Below, one piece after another: positions 18,692 through 27,272 of a DNA stretch of 64,000 nucleotides (position 1 is the first letter of the stretch; each line of letters opens with the position of its first letter). The notes below the pieces were generated by a model. That model made no database searches and was not told the origin of the DNA. It worked only from the letters and a program-made list of their open reading frames with translations. The DNA comes from a virus (lineage: Duplodnaviria; Caudoviricetes), in the IMG/VR virus record IMGVR_UViG_2974592265_000001, positions 24,404 through 88,403 of that record. The stretch is one strand, 5' to 3'. The translations under genes were made by a program, and so were the position numbers.

Positions 18692-19387
18692 TCAGCCCTT
18701 TGAGAATGCAGCCCAGGACACTGGGAAGAGGGGTTCAATGATTGCGTCCCACTGATGACCCAGCAGTTGGATCTCATACTGGGCATGCGCGTCTACCCGC
18801 TGCTTGGTGGCTCGAGCCCAGGCATACAGGCTGCCGGTCACGTAGTAGCTGGTCAGCATGGACTGAGGCAGTACCATACGGGCCTGCTCCGGTGCCACAC
18901 CGTCGGCGACCATCTCGCTGTACAGCTGCTCAGCTTTTGCGATGAAGACCCCGTAACGATCCGACCAGAACTGCGTCTTGGGATGCGTGCCGCCGCTGCC
19001 CTGCTTTATGCTCTTGTCCGGCCGGCTGCGCCACATCTCTGGCACGTAGAACTCAGGGGTGTCGTCCACGTACCGGCGAGACACCTCGTTGTAGGTGAAC
19101 CCAACCATGTGCTTGAAGCGTTGTCGGGCCACGAAGATCGGCACCGTCTCGCGTAGCTGAATGATCGGGTGGGATGCCGGTGTCCAGTGTCCGTGGCTGG
19201 CCAGGTATTTGATCAGCTTGACGTCCTCCTCTCGGAGGTACTTACCGGTGGGCTGCACTACGTTGCCTGGTAGCAGCTCTACGTTACCGTCTGCGTCTGC
19301 AAATTCGCTGGTTTTATCAAACGACACGCGGGCAGCGTTGACTACCGTGAGGTCACTGCCCATGTGATCAATTAATTCAGCCTTCAT
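18692..19387 (-). CDS. thyX: FAD-dependent thymidylate synthase
   Basis: MGSDLTVVNAARVSF, HWTPASH, ARQRFKH...NEVSRRY, GVAPEQARMVLP and HAQYEI. Confidence 0.93.
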   Translation of the reverse strand: MKAELIDHMGSDLTVVNAARVSFDKTSEFADADGNVELLPGNVVQPTGKYLREEDVKLIKYLASHGHWTPASHPIIQLRETVPIFVARQRFKHMVGFTYNEVSRRYVDDTPEFYVPEMWRSRPDKSIKQGSGGTHPKTQFWSDRYGVFIAKAEQLYSEMVADGVAPEQARMVLPQSMLTSYYVTGSLYAWARATKQRVDAHAQYEIQLLGHQWDAIIEPLFPVSWAAFSKG

Positions 19388-19704
19388 TTCTTTGCTCCCT
19401 TGGTCTTGACCAGTACCGCACGCTTGCCGTTCATGTTGACGCTGCCGTCATCGTTCCAGATCGGAATCCCGCCGACGGCGACCATGGCTGCGTTCATCTC
19501 CTCTCGACTCAGTCGGCGCCCAGGCTGATCTGAGCGGTCATTGCAGCAGAGGATCAGCGTGTCGTGCGGGCCGTTGTTGCTGGGCCAGCGGATGCCGTTG
19601 ATCTCGCCGTCGTCGTAAGCCTGCTGACACTTGAAGTGCGCCTTCAGCGCCTCCTTGAAGTGAGTCTTGCCGGTCGCTGCCGGCGCTGCAAAAACAATGT
19701 TCAT
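19384..19704 (-). CDS. Small protein with a P-loop-like N-terminus
   Basis: APAATGKT motif near the N-terminus. Confidence 0.45.
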   Translation of the reverse strand: MNIVFAAPAATGKTHFKEALKAHFKCQQAYDDGEINGIRWPSNNGPHDTLILCCNDRSDQPGRRLSREEMNAAMVAVGGIPIWNDDGSVNMNGKRAVLVKTKGAKK

Positions 19705-19718
19705 GTCCTGCCCCTAAT

Positions 19719-19744
19719 GAAAGCTCCCGCCGTGAGGCGGGAGC
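19719..19744 (-). terminator. Intrinsic terminator
   Basis: GCTCCCGCC-TCAC-GGCGGGAGC-TTTCATT on the - strand. Confidence 0.7.
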
Positions 19745-19751
19745 AAGGTGG

Positions 19752-19967
19752 TTACTGTTCCGTGCGCAGTTCGGCTTTCGGAGTCCAGCCCGTGTCCTTC
19801 TTCACCATGCAGCCCACGCCCATGGCGTACTTCACGGTGCGGTCGGTCTGGTAGCCGTACCACTGGCACTGGCCGTAGTTGATCGCTGCGTTGATCGCCA
19901 GGCCTACGACTACAACGGCTGCTACGCCGACGGCGGTGCCCACGGCTGCCACTGTGGAGGCCTTCAT
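19752..19967 (-). CDS. Small single-TM membrane protein with periplasmic cysteines
   Basis: N-terminal hydrophobic helix; start overlaps the terB-like stop. Confidence 0.65.
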   Translation of the reverse strand: MKASTVAAVGTAVGVAAVVVVGLAINAAINYGQCQWYGYQTDRTVKYAMGVGCMVKKDTGWTPKAELRTEQ

Positions 19968-20404
19968 TCTTCGATACCGAAGGTCGACAGGCGTACGTTC
20001 ATCCAGCCAGCTACTTCCTTCAGGATGACCAGCTCAGCCGGCTCGATCTCGCCGTCAGCGCGCGCCGTGGCTACCATGTTGCCGATGACTTCTTCGGCGT
20101 CTGACGAGTTGTTGGCCACGTCCAGCAGCTCACGCTTGATGTACATCTTGCCGAGGTAGAAGTCGGCCTTCAGCTGCTCGGAGAAGCGTTGGATCGCCGC
20201 GTTGATTTCCTGGCCGAAGTGGGTCAGCGCCGGGTTGGAGCGGACCAGGGCGTCGAGCTTCTTCAGCTCGCTGTCTTCAATGACGCCGTCGGAGGCGGCC
20301 ATCAGCAGGTTGCCGCCGACGATGGCTTCCATCAGGTCTTTGTTTTCGACCTTCTTCATTGCCACGCTGCCTTTGCCAAACATTTTTCCAAGAGTCTTGA
20401 ACAT
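19964..20404 (-). CDS. TerB-family (tellurite-resistance-like) protein
   Basis: LLMAASDGVIEDSE...ARADGEIEPAE (duplicated DG..E..E metal-binding repeats). Confidence 0.85.
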   Translation of the reverse strand: MFKTLGKMFGKGSVAMKKVENKDLMEAIVGGNLLMAASDGVIEDSELKKLDALVRSNPALTHFGQEINAAIQRFSEQLKADFYLGKMYIKRELLDVANNSSDAEEVIGNMVATARADGEIEPAELVILKEVAGWMNVRLSTFGIEE

Positions 20405-20449
20405 GAGGTGATCCCTTATTGCTTGAGTGATTAACGGAAGTGCGGAGGG

Positions 20450-21070
20450 TTATTCGCCGGCCGGCTTGTCAGCGCGTTCCTGGGCAGCCTTGTCGCTGTA
20501 GCCGTGCTTGTAGCGCTTGCCCAACAGCTTGACCACGTTGGCGAACAACGCCTCGCCAGTGTGGGTCTGAATGCCGTTCAGCAGGCCGACGGTGTAGAAG
20601 GCTGCATCGCCAGCTTCTTCACGGACGTTGTGGCCGTCCAGAGGAGCGCCAAGTACGTGGGCCACGATCTGCTCGAGCATTTCAGCGGCTTCACCAGCCA
20701 GGCCGATTGCCATGTGCAGCAGGTGCAGTTTGTCGGCGTCCAGCGCGTCGAAAGCGGCGGCCAGGCCCTGGCTGCTCGGCAGCGTGGTGTAGACCACTTC
20801 CGGCAGGGTGTTGATGTCCTTGTTGTAGATCACGGCCTTCTTCAGGCGGTCCAGCTCGTTGCCCTTGTCGATGATCTTGTTGGACAGCTGCAGCAGGTTC
20901 AGGAACCCAGAGAAGGACAGCGTGGCTTTGATGTCCGCGCCTGGCTTGGCCAGCTCGGCAACCATCACGTCGAACTCTTTATCCACCAGCATCTGGCGTT
21001 TTTCAGGGTCGATGTCGTTCAGCAGCGGGTGGTTAACGTCGATCAGCGTGGTAGCAGGAGACAGGTTCAT
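20450..21070 (-). CDS. MazG-like / dimeric dUTPase-superfamily pyrophosphohydrolase
   Basis: LLHMAIGLAGEAAEMLE...VREEAGDAAFY...NVVKLLGKRY. Confidence 0.78.
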   Translation of the reverse strand: MNLSPATTLIDVNHPLLNDIDPEKRQMLVDKEFDVMVAELAKPGADIKATLSFSGFLNLLQLSNKIIDKGNELDRLKKAVIYNKDINTLPEVVYTTLPSSQGLAAAFDALDADKLHLLHMAIGLAGEAAEMLEQIVAHVLGAPLDGHNVREEAGDAAFYTVGLLNGIQTHTGEALFANVVKLLGKRYKHGYSDKAAQERADKPAGE

Positions 21071-21097
21071 TGGTAGTCCTTGGGAAATTTTGGGAAT

Positions 21098-21127
21098 AAA
21101 AAGCCCGGCTGGTTTCCCGGCCGGGCT
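21098..21127 (-). terminator. Intrinsic terminator
   Basis: AGCCCGGCCGG-GAAA-CCAGCCGGGCT-TTTT on the - strand. Confidence 0.8.
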
Positions 21128-21144
21128 GAAGTCACATCACAGGC

Positions 21145-22074
21145 TTACAGACGGCCTACAGCGGAGAAGTTCCACGGACGGAATGCCTTCTCGCCGGAGC
21201 CTACTTTCTTGCCGACTTTGCACTGCAGGATCAGTTCGCCTGGGGCGCACAGGTGCTTACGCACGCCGACAGCGATGGCACCGGCCAGACGATCTTTCGA
21301 CGCAGGCGGGATGGACAGCGAAACCATGTGCTCGTCGTACTCGTCTTCACGATTCTTGAGTTGCGCCATTGCTTCGATGTATTCCTTGATGTCCAGCGGC
21401 TCGTCAGGAGTGCCGTAACCTTCTTCCAGCCAGGTGTCACGGATTTCCTGAGCGCTGCTACCGTCGGACAGGGTCAGGCCCTGCTTGTCGTAGCTGTAGT
21501 ACAGCTCAGCGCCGTCACCAGCGAACTGGCGGACGATGTAGATGTTGCGGGTGCTGAGGATGTTGACGTTGATGGTGTCGGTCAGGTTGACCTCTTCGCT
21601 GCCCAGCTGGAAGGTGCCTTCAGCCAGTTTGACGCGGTCGAACGACATGCCGGTGAGGTTCAGACCTTCGAAGCCTTGCTCGGCCATCTCTTGGGAGAAC
21701 TTCTGTGCAGCGTTGGCTTGACGCTCGGTGTTGCTGACCTGTACCGCACCGCCTTCAGGTTTCACCGCCACTTGATTGGTGGCGCGCTCTTCCGGCTGTA
21801 CTTCAGCGGCGGCGGCCGGTTTGGCTGCTGCTTCGGCGACAGGTTCTGCTTCGGCTGCAGGCTGCTCAGTGGCCGACGCTTCGGCAGCGGTCTGAACGTC
21901 TTCGGCTTCCGCTTGTTGCTGGGTTTCAACCACCGGTTCTTCCTGAACCTGCGCCTGAGTCTCGACCGCGGCGGTCTCGACTTCTTTGACGGTTTCCTTG
22001 ACTGCTTCAGCGGCGGTAGCGGCTGCAGTTTTGGTGGTGTCTTCGGTTGGTGCTGCTGCGCGTTTCAGAGCCAT
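21145..22074 (-). CDS. Putative ssDNA-binding protein with an Ala/Glu/Thr-rich N-terminus
   Basis: Has its own strong promoter and terminator inside the replication module; about 110 disordered residues precede a globular domain. Function inferred from context only. Confidence 0.45.
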   Translation of the reverse strand: MALKRAAAPTEDTTKTAAATAAEAVKETVKEVETAAVETQAQVQEEPVVETQQQAEAEDVQTAAEASATEQPAAEAEPVAEAAAKPAAAAEVQPEERATNQVAVKPEGGAVQVSNTERQANAAQKFSQEMAEQGFEGLNLTGMSFDRVKLAEGTFQLGSEEVNLTDTINVNILSTRNIYIVRQFAGDGAELYYSYDKQGLTLSDGSSAQEIRDTWLEEGYGTPDEPLDIKEYIEAMAQLKNREDEYDEHMVSLSIPPASKDRLAGAIAVGVRKHLCAPGELILQCKVGKKVGSGEKAFRPWNFSAVGRL

Positions 22075-22161
22075 GATCAGTATCTCATTCAGTAGGATTT
22101 TAGTTTCGGTTCATCGTCGTTTTCATCGGCAACTAGCGAGGAATCCGCTAGCGCAGGCTGA

Positions 22162-22191
22162 TTTATACAGAGCCTGCACACCCTCTGTCAA
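22162..22191 (-). promoter_or_regulatory. Sigma70-type promoter
   Basis: TTGACA-18 nt-TATAAA on the - strand, upstream of the 22074 start. Confidence 0.75.
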
Positions 22192-23879
22192 CCGAGCAGT
22201 TCAAAGAGCAGATCGTGCTTGTCTTTGATCGCCCGGTTATTGCTTTCTTCATTGGCCAACAGCGCCTTGAAGTTCTTGTCGGACAGCGTGCCTCGCACTC
22301 TCATGAAGTACACGTTGACCACGTTGACCTGGCCGTTTCGGTCAGCACGGGCAATCGCTTGCTTGGCCGCCTTGGGCGAGGTCGGACACTCATAGAAGAT
22401 GATGTAGCTGGCCACCTGCAGGTTCAGCCCGGCGCCGCCGGACACCCACTGGATCACGATGACCTCGCACTCGTCATCCTTCTGGAACTTCTCCACCTGG
22501 GCCTGGCGGTCAGCGATGCCGCCGTAGACCACCGCCACCTTGCGGTGAGCGAATTGCATGGCCAGCTGCTCGATGGCTTGGCGGTAGAAGGCGAAGATGA
22601 TCAGCTTGCGTTTCGGCCCGGGGTTGATCGAGTCCACCAGCTGCCCGGTGGCCTTGGACAACTCGTCACACTCGGTGAGGGTGGGGTCGAACTTGGTCGG
22701 GCAGCTGATCAGCTGCAGGGCCATGTGCCGTAGGGCGCTGGCGTTGTCCGGTGCCAGCACCAGGTCGCCGAGAACCGCGAAGCGATCCTTTATTACCTGC
22801 CGGTACAGCTTCAGGTGGCGTCCGGACAGCTTGACCGGCACCTCACTGATCACCGGCTCCGGCATCGGGATCACGTCGCGCTTCTGCACCCGCCTGGCGT
22901 TCTTCCACAGCGAGTCGTAGATCTTCTCCGTGTCGAAGTAGCCGACGATCTGCTTGATCTTCTTCGACTTGCCGTTGGGCAGCGGGATCTCGAACTCCTC
23001 GTGCTCACAGTGCTGCCGCAGGAACGAGGCCTTGTTCAGGTAGGCTTCCGGGTTGATCAGGCGGATCAGGCCGTAGGCGTTGTGCAGCTTGGTCGGGATC
23101 GGCGTGCCGGTCATCACGTAGATGGCCACGTCGTCCTTCAGCCGCATGCTCATCTCGGCCACCGACTCGGACAGGATCGACTCCAGCCCGCACAGTGCAT
23201 CGCCTTCGTCGAAGAACAACACGTTGTAGCCGTGTTCCTTGAGCAGCATCTGCTTGGGGTTCTTGGCGGTGCCGTTCTTCACGTTAATCTGCCGACCGTC
23301 CCGGGTGTACGGCTGCGCCTTGGGGAAGCGGGGGTCGCCCTTGTTGTCCCCTTCCTCAATGAAGTAGCTGGTAGCGAACTCTAAATTCGTACCTAACTCA
23401 TTGATATTCCTGATTTTCCAGTGATTATTCCCGATTTTCTTGCGGGGGTTTTTGTCGTTGTACAGGCGGTAGATGTCGTAGGACAGTACCAGAATGTCCG
23501 GCCAGCCCTCGACGTTCCAGACCTGTTCCTTTTTGCGCTTCTGCGTGGCGGTGCAGTCCATGTGTTCGATCTTGAGCTTCTGCCCGATACCGGGGAAGAA
23601 GATCTCGAACTCCTCCATGAACTGAGGGATCAGGCCAGGCAGTGTGGTGAACACCACCTTGTTGCCCATGGCAGCCATCATGATGGCGTGGACCTGGGCC
23701 GGGTACGTCTTGCCTGTACCGGGCTCAGAAAAATCCCCGTAACGGTCGTTCCAGGGATACACCTTGATCGTGTCGAGTTGATGCGGCATCGGCCAGTTCG
23801 GCAGAGGGATCTCTGAGAACCAGTCGGGGTGGTTGCCCACCCCTACCGTGAGCATCAAGTCGTGAAGACTTACACCCAT
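22188..23879 (-). CDS. SF2 (SNF2-like) helicase
   Basis: SEPGTGKT, FFDEGD, MTGTP, SGGAGLNLQ and QAIARADRNGQ. Confidence 0.88.
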   Translation of the reverse strand: MGVSLHDLMLTVGVGNHPDWFSEIPLPNWPMPHQLDTIKVYPWNDRYGDFSEPGTGKTYPAQVHAIMMAAMGNKVVFTTLPGLIPQFMEEFEIFFPGIGQKLKIEHMDCTATQKRKKEQVWNVEGWPDILVLSYDIYRLYNDKNPRKKIGNNHWKIRNINELGTNLEFATSYFIEEGDNKGDPRFPKAQPYTRDGRQINVKNGTAKNPKQMLLKEHGYNVLFFDEGDALCGLESILSESVAEMSMRLKDDVAIYVMTGTPIPTKLHNAYGLIRLINPEAYLNKASFLRQHCEHEEFEIPLPNGKSKKIKQIVGYFDTEKIYDSLWKNARRVQKRDVIPMPEPVISEVPVKLSGRHLKLYRQVIKDRFAVLGDLVLAPDNASALRHMALQLISCPTKFDPTLTECDELSKATGQLVDSINPGPKRKLIIFAFYRQAIEQLAMQFAHRKVAVVYGGIADRQAQVEKFQKDDECEVIVIQWVSGGAGLNLQVASYIIFYECPTSPKAAKQAIARADRNGQVNVVNVYFMRVRGTLSDKNFKALLANEESNNRAIKDKHDLLFELLG

Positions 23880-24106
23880 TAGAAAACCCTCTGTGACCTG
23901 CTTCGTTGGATCTTCTCGTGATCGTCGCGGCAGTCCACATCGCAGAAGCGCTGTGGATCCGGCAACGGTTCGCTGCAGTTGTGGCAGGACCCGACGTAGG
24001 CCAGTCGTGGGACTGGCTTTTCACGGGCGATCCGCAGCTGCTCCTCGAGGAGACGTTCCTGTTCAACAACCGCCCGGTCGACCGGGTCTGCGTAATTTTC
24101 CGTCAT
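23879..24106 (-). CDS. TraR/DksA-like zinc-finger transcription factor
   Basis: N-terminal DPVDRA (DxxDxA tip motif) plus CHNC...FCDVDC zinc finger. Confidence 0.8.
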   Translation of the reverse strand: MTENYADPVDRAVVEQERLLEEQLRIAREKPVPRLAYVGSCHNCSEPLPDPQRFCDVDCRDDHEKIQRSRSQRVF

Positions 24107-26991
24107 TCTGCTGGCTCCGATTCCCTGGCAAAGTTGTTGAGCGAAGTACCCTTCTCAGTCAGGCGCTTGGCGTTGATCACGTAGACTTCGATCTCGTTGT
24201 TGTTCGGGTGCGGCTCGATGCGCTCGAAGTACACCTCACCCTCAATCAGCTGAGTCAGCTGCTGGAACTGGCGGATCACCGGCACCTCGCCAACCATCCG
24301 TGAGTAGGCATGGTAACGCGGTAGGCAGGACTGCAGGACCAGGTACAGCGAGTCGCCCTGGCGCCAGTAGTGCTTGCCGGCCTCCAGACGCAGGCGGTCT
24401 TCGAAGGTGTCGTCCGCCATGATGTTCATCGACCCGAGAACGCGGTCGACTTCCGAGGCTGACTTGCCACGTTCCACTTCGGTCACACGACCGCCGAGGT
24501 AGGTGATCAGCTCCGATTCCAGCCAGCGGATGTCCTCGACACCGTCGACGCCGAACTCGGTCATGGTGTGGATCAGCATGTGCAGCCCGGTCAGGCAGCA
24601 CTGCATGCCCCAGCGAGGGCGGTCCTCCATCCCGGCGTGGATCTGCTCCGCCTTGCTGTGGAAGATCTTCAGCAGCGCGGTAGGGGAGGTCCCCAGTGCC
24701 ACGGTGACCAGTGCCCGGGCCATCCGCAACAGGGCCTGCTTGTTCTGCACGCAGACCCGGTAGTTGTCGCGGTAGACCTTGTTCTGCAGCGACTTGGCCT
24801 GCAGGCGGACTTCCACCGAGCGGCTGCGCAGGGCAGGAGCGGTGGCGGACTGCTCACTGGTGTACACCAACGGCGCCGAAACACGGTCCTCGCTGACAGC
24901 CAGCTCCCGGTCAGCGCCGATACGGCCACGCTGAATAGGGGCATGACTCCACGCTGCCTTGAGGATGCCGAGGATGGCACCGTAGCGGGTGTTGCCCAGC
25001 TGCACCGGGTTCACTTCTTCGATCAGCCGAGGCACCGTGGTGCTGCTGCTCACGTACTTGGTCAGCGGGAACAGCGTGCCGACCTCGACGTTCTGCAGTT
25101 CGGCCTTGGTGTAGTCGATGCCGTTGATCATCGCCATCAGCATGGCCAGGCAGGACTTGCCAGCGCCGGCGTTGCCGAAGATGTTCATCAGCGGAAACTG
25201 AGGTTCCTCGAACTGGATGTGTTCACGGAAGTGGCACGAGACAAACCAGCCCAGCATCTGGGCCACGGCCACCGGTTCATTCACTTTGCACAGCGCTTTC
25301 ATCACCGTGGCGAGCTGTTCATCGTCCTGCAGCGGGTTGCTGCCGTTGATCAACGCAGGCGACTGCCGCGCATTGCCGTTGAAGCGGTACGGGCTGCGCC
25401 CACCCAGGTTGGTGATGGCGTTGCCAGCTTCGACGTAGTGCGCGACCGTGCCCTTCTCGCCGCGGTCCAGCACGATTCCGCAGACGTTCGCACGAATCAT
25501 CTTGTCTAACTCCTTGTCCTCGGTCTTGTCCCGTGCAAACTTCAGCAGGGCCACCAGTATTTTTTGAATTTCCCCGTCGCCGGCATACACCGCTGCGTCC
25601 CGGCCTTTAACGCCGGAGATCAGGTCACGCTTGGAACTCCAGGCGCGCTCCGACAACGACACCTCACTGGCCACGTCGCAACCGTCCACGATCAGTTTCC
25701 CGACCAGTTCCTTGCGCTCGGTGTTGCGCCAGCTGGTGAAGCCTTTGTCAGTGGTGTAGGGCTCCAACTCGAACACTTCCAGCGTCGGCCAGAAGGTGAA
25801 GTTGGTCAGCTGCCGGCTGCTGTCCTCACCGACCAAGAAGTACCCGGCCGGGTCCCAGCGGATGCGGACCTGCGTGTTGAAGTTGCTGACGTTCTCTTGG
25901 GTCGTCTCGCCGCTGGCCACATCCGAACGGCAGATAGGGCACTGACGGCATGGAGTGCCGATCGCTGCGATCAGGGCGCCAGGCGCAAACTTGATCGAGC
26001 CGCTGAAGGTCCGGTGCAGCTGGCCTTGAACATGCTTGAGGCGTTCGGTTTCCGAAGGCCGGCTGCTCGACTCCACGTTCTTCACGAACGGGCGCACCAG
26101 CAGCTCCATGTACTCCTTCTCTTCCGACTTCTCGTAGCGGGCAGCGATGTAGGCTGCCAGCTGCATTGCCGTCTGGTTCCAGTTGGAGCCTTCAGCGTGG
26201 CCTTCGGTGATCAGCTTCTCGATGCAGCCAGGGATGCCGTCCCACTCACGCATGGCTTCCTTGGGCACCACGCAGGCGGCGCTCATGGCTTTGACCTTGC
26301 GCTGCGCCGTGGTCTTGGCAGCCTTCAGCAGTTGTTCAGCCTTGGCGTAGGTGACGTTCTTGCCTGGCTGCGGCTGGGCCAGAACAGGGCGCGGTGCAGC
26401 GACGATGGAGTGGTATTCCTCGCTGTTCATGTGCGCCAGTTCGTTGACCGTGGTGCCGACCTTGTAGGTGCCGCTGCCGGGGCGTGGAATGCCTTCACAG
26501 CGCCACATCCGGCCACGGCCACAGGAGTACACCGACTCATCCAGGCTGCACGGAGACTCCAGGTGCGCGCCCTTCATGATGGTCAGCATGATCTCCCGAT
26601 AGATCATCGGCAGGAACTTTGTCGGCTTTTTAACGCCAAACACTTGCGCCGGGATGGTGATGTGCACACCCTTCCCGCCGGACAGCCAGCAGTGAATGAA
26701 CTCCTCCGGGATGTCCAGCTTGTTCATCAGGTAGTCGAGGACCGCGTTGACGTCAGCCAGCACCTGGTCGATGTCGTCGGCGTCGTCAAAGTCCAGGTAC
26801 ATCGGACCCATGTAATGCACAGTCTCGACGGCGTTAAGGCCGTTTTCAGAGACTTCTTCGGGGTTTTGGTCAACCATCAGGACGGTTCTGAACGCAGGCG
26901 ACTTCGGAAGCTCAGCTGATTGCAGCTGCTCTTCTGTGTACATCCGCCATGGTTCCTTCTTGTCCGGTCTGAACTGAAGGAAGTAATACAT
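24103..26991 (-). CDS. AEP-family primase fused to a P-loop helicase-like domain
   Basis: YLDFDD and SGGKGVH (AEP motifs), CRQCPIC zinc-binding motif, C-terminal GNAGAGKS Walker A. Confidence 0.82.
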   Translation of the reverse strand: MYYFLQFRPDKKEPWRMYTEEQLQSAELPKSPAFRTVLMVDQNPEEVSENGLNAVETVHYMGPMYLDFDDADDIDQVLADVNAVLDYLMNKLDIPEEFIHCWLSGGKGVHITIPAQVFGVKKPTKFLPMIYREIMLTIMKGAHLESPCSLDESVYSCGRGRMWRCEGIPRPGSGTYKVGTTVNELAHMNSEEYHSIVAAPRPVLAQPQPGKNVTYAKAEQLLKAAKTTAQRKVKAMSAACVVPKEAMREWDGIPGCIEKLITEGHAEGSNWNQTAMQLAAYIAARYEKSEEKEYMELLVRPFVKNVESSSRPSETERLKHVQGQLHRTFSGSIKFAPGALIAAIGTPCRQCPICRSDVASGETTQENVSNFNTQVRIRWDPAGYFLVGEDSSRQLTNFTFWPTLEVFELEPYTTDKGFTSWRNTERKELVGKLIVDGCDVASEVSLSERAWSSKRDLISGVKGRDAAVYAGDGEIQKILVALLKFARDKTEDKELDKMIRANVCGIVLDRGEKGTVAHYVEAGNAITNLGGRSPYRFNGNARQSPALINGSNPLQDDEQLATVMKALCKVNEPVAVAQMLGWFVSCHFREHIQFEEPQFPLMNIFGNAGAGKSCLAMLMAMINGIDYTKAELQNVEVGTLFPLTKYVSSSTTVPRLIEEVNPVQLGNTRYGAILGILKAAWSHAPIQRGRIGADRELAVSEDRVSAPLVYTSEQSATAPALRSRSVEVRLQAKSLQNKVYRDNYRVCVQNKQALLRMARALVTVALGTSPTALLKIFHSKAEQIHAGMEDRPRWGMQCCLTGLHMLIHTMTEFGVDGVEDIRWLESELITYLGGRVTEVERGKSASEVDRVLGSMNIMADDTFEDRLRLEAGKHYWRQGDSLYLVLQSCLPRYHAYSRMVGEVPVIRQFQQLTQLIEGEVYFERIEPHPNNNEIEVYVINAKRLTEKGTSLNNFARESEPAE

Positions 26992-26995
26992 GGCG

Positions 26996-27244
26996 TCAAT
27001 CCTTTGTCATACGGGCCTGGGAGAGACGCTTAACGAGGGTTTTGCCGTCCTTGTTGAACGCGGTGAAGTCAACGTCCAGCTCAAGGTCACGGCGGCTGAG
27101 GGCTTTTTTGAACAGGGTGATGTTGTAGACCTGCTCGTCCATCTCGACGGCGCCCCCAATTTCGGCGGAGTTGTAGAAATCAGCCAGCTTGTTGTAGTCG
27201 ATCGGGGTACGGGTAGGCCCGACCTCTTCTTTGACGACCTTCAT
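26996..27244 (-). CDS. Hypothetical protein
   Basis: GGAG RBS; packed between the helicase and primase genes. Confidence 0.6.
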   Translation of the reverse strand: MKVVKEEVGPTRTPIDYNKLADFYNSAEIGGAVEMDEQVYNITLFKKALSRRDLELDVDFTAFNKDGKTLVKRLSQARMTKD

Positions 27245-27272
27245 GTGAGGCTCCTATTGGCACGGGTAGGAT

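Noticed and set aside
23280-23470. Second intein or intron in the helicase insertion
   Set aside because: No Cys/Ser start or His-Asn end, the frame is continuous, and there are no intron core motifs.
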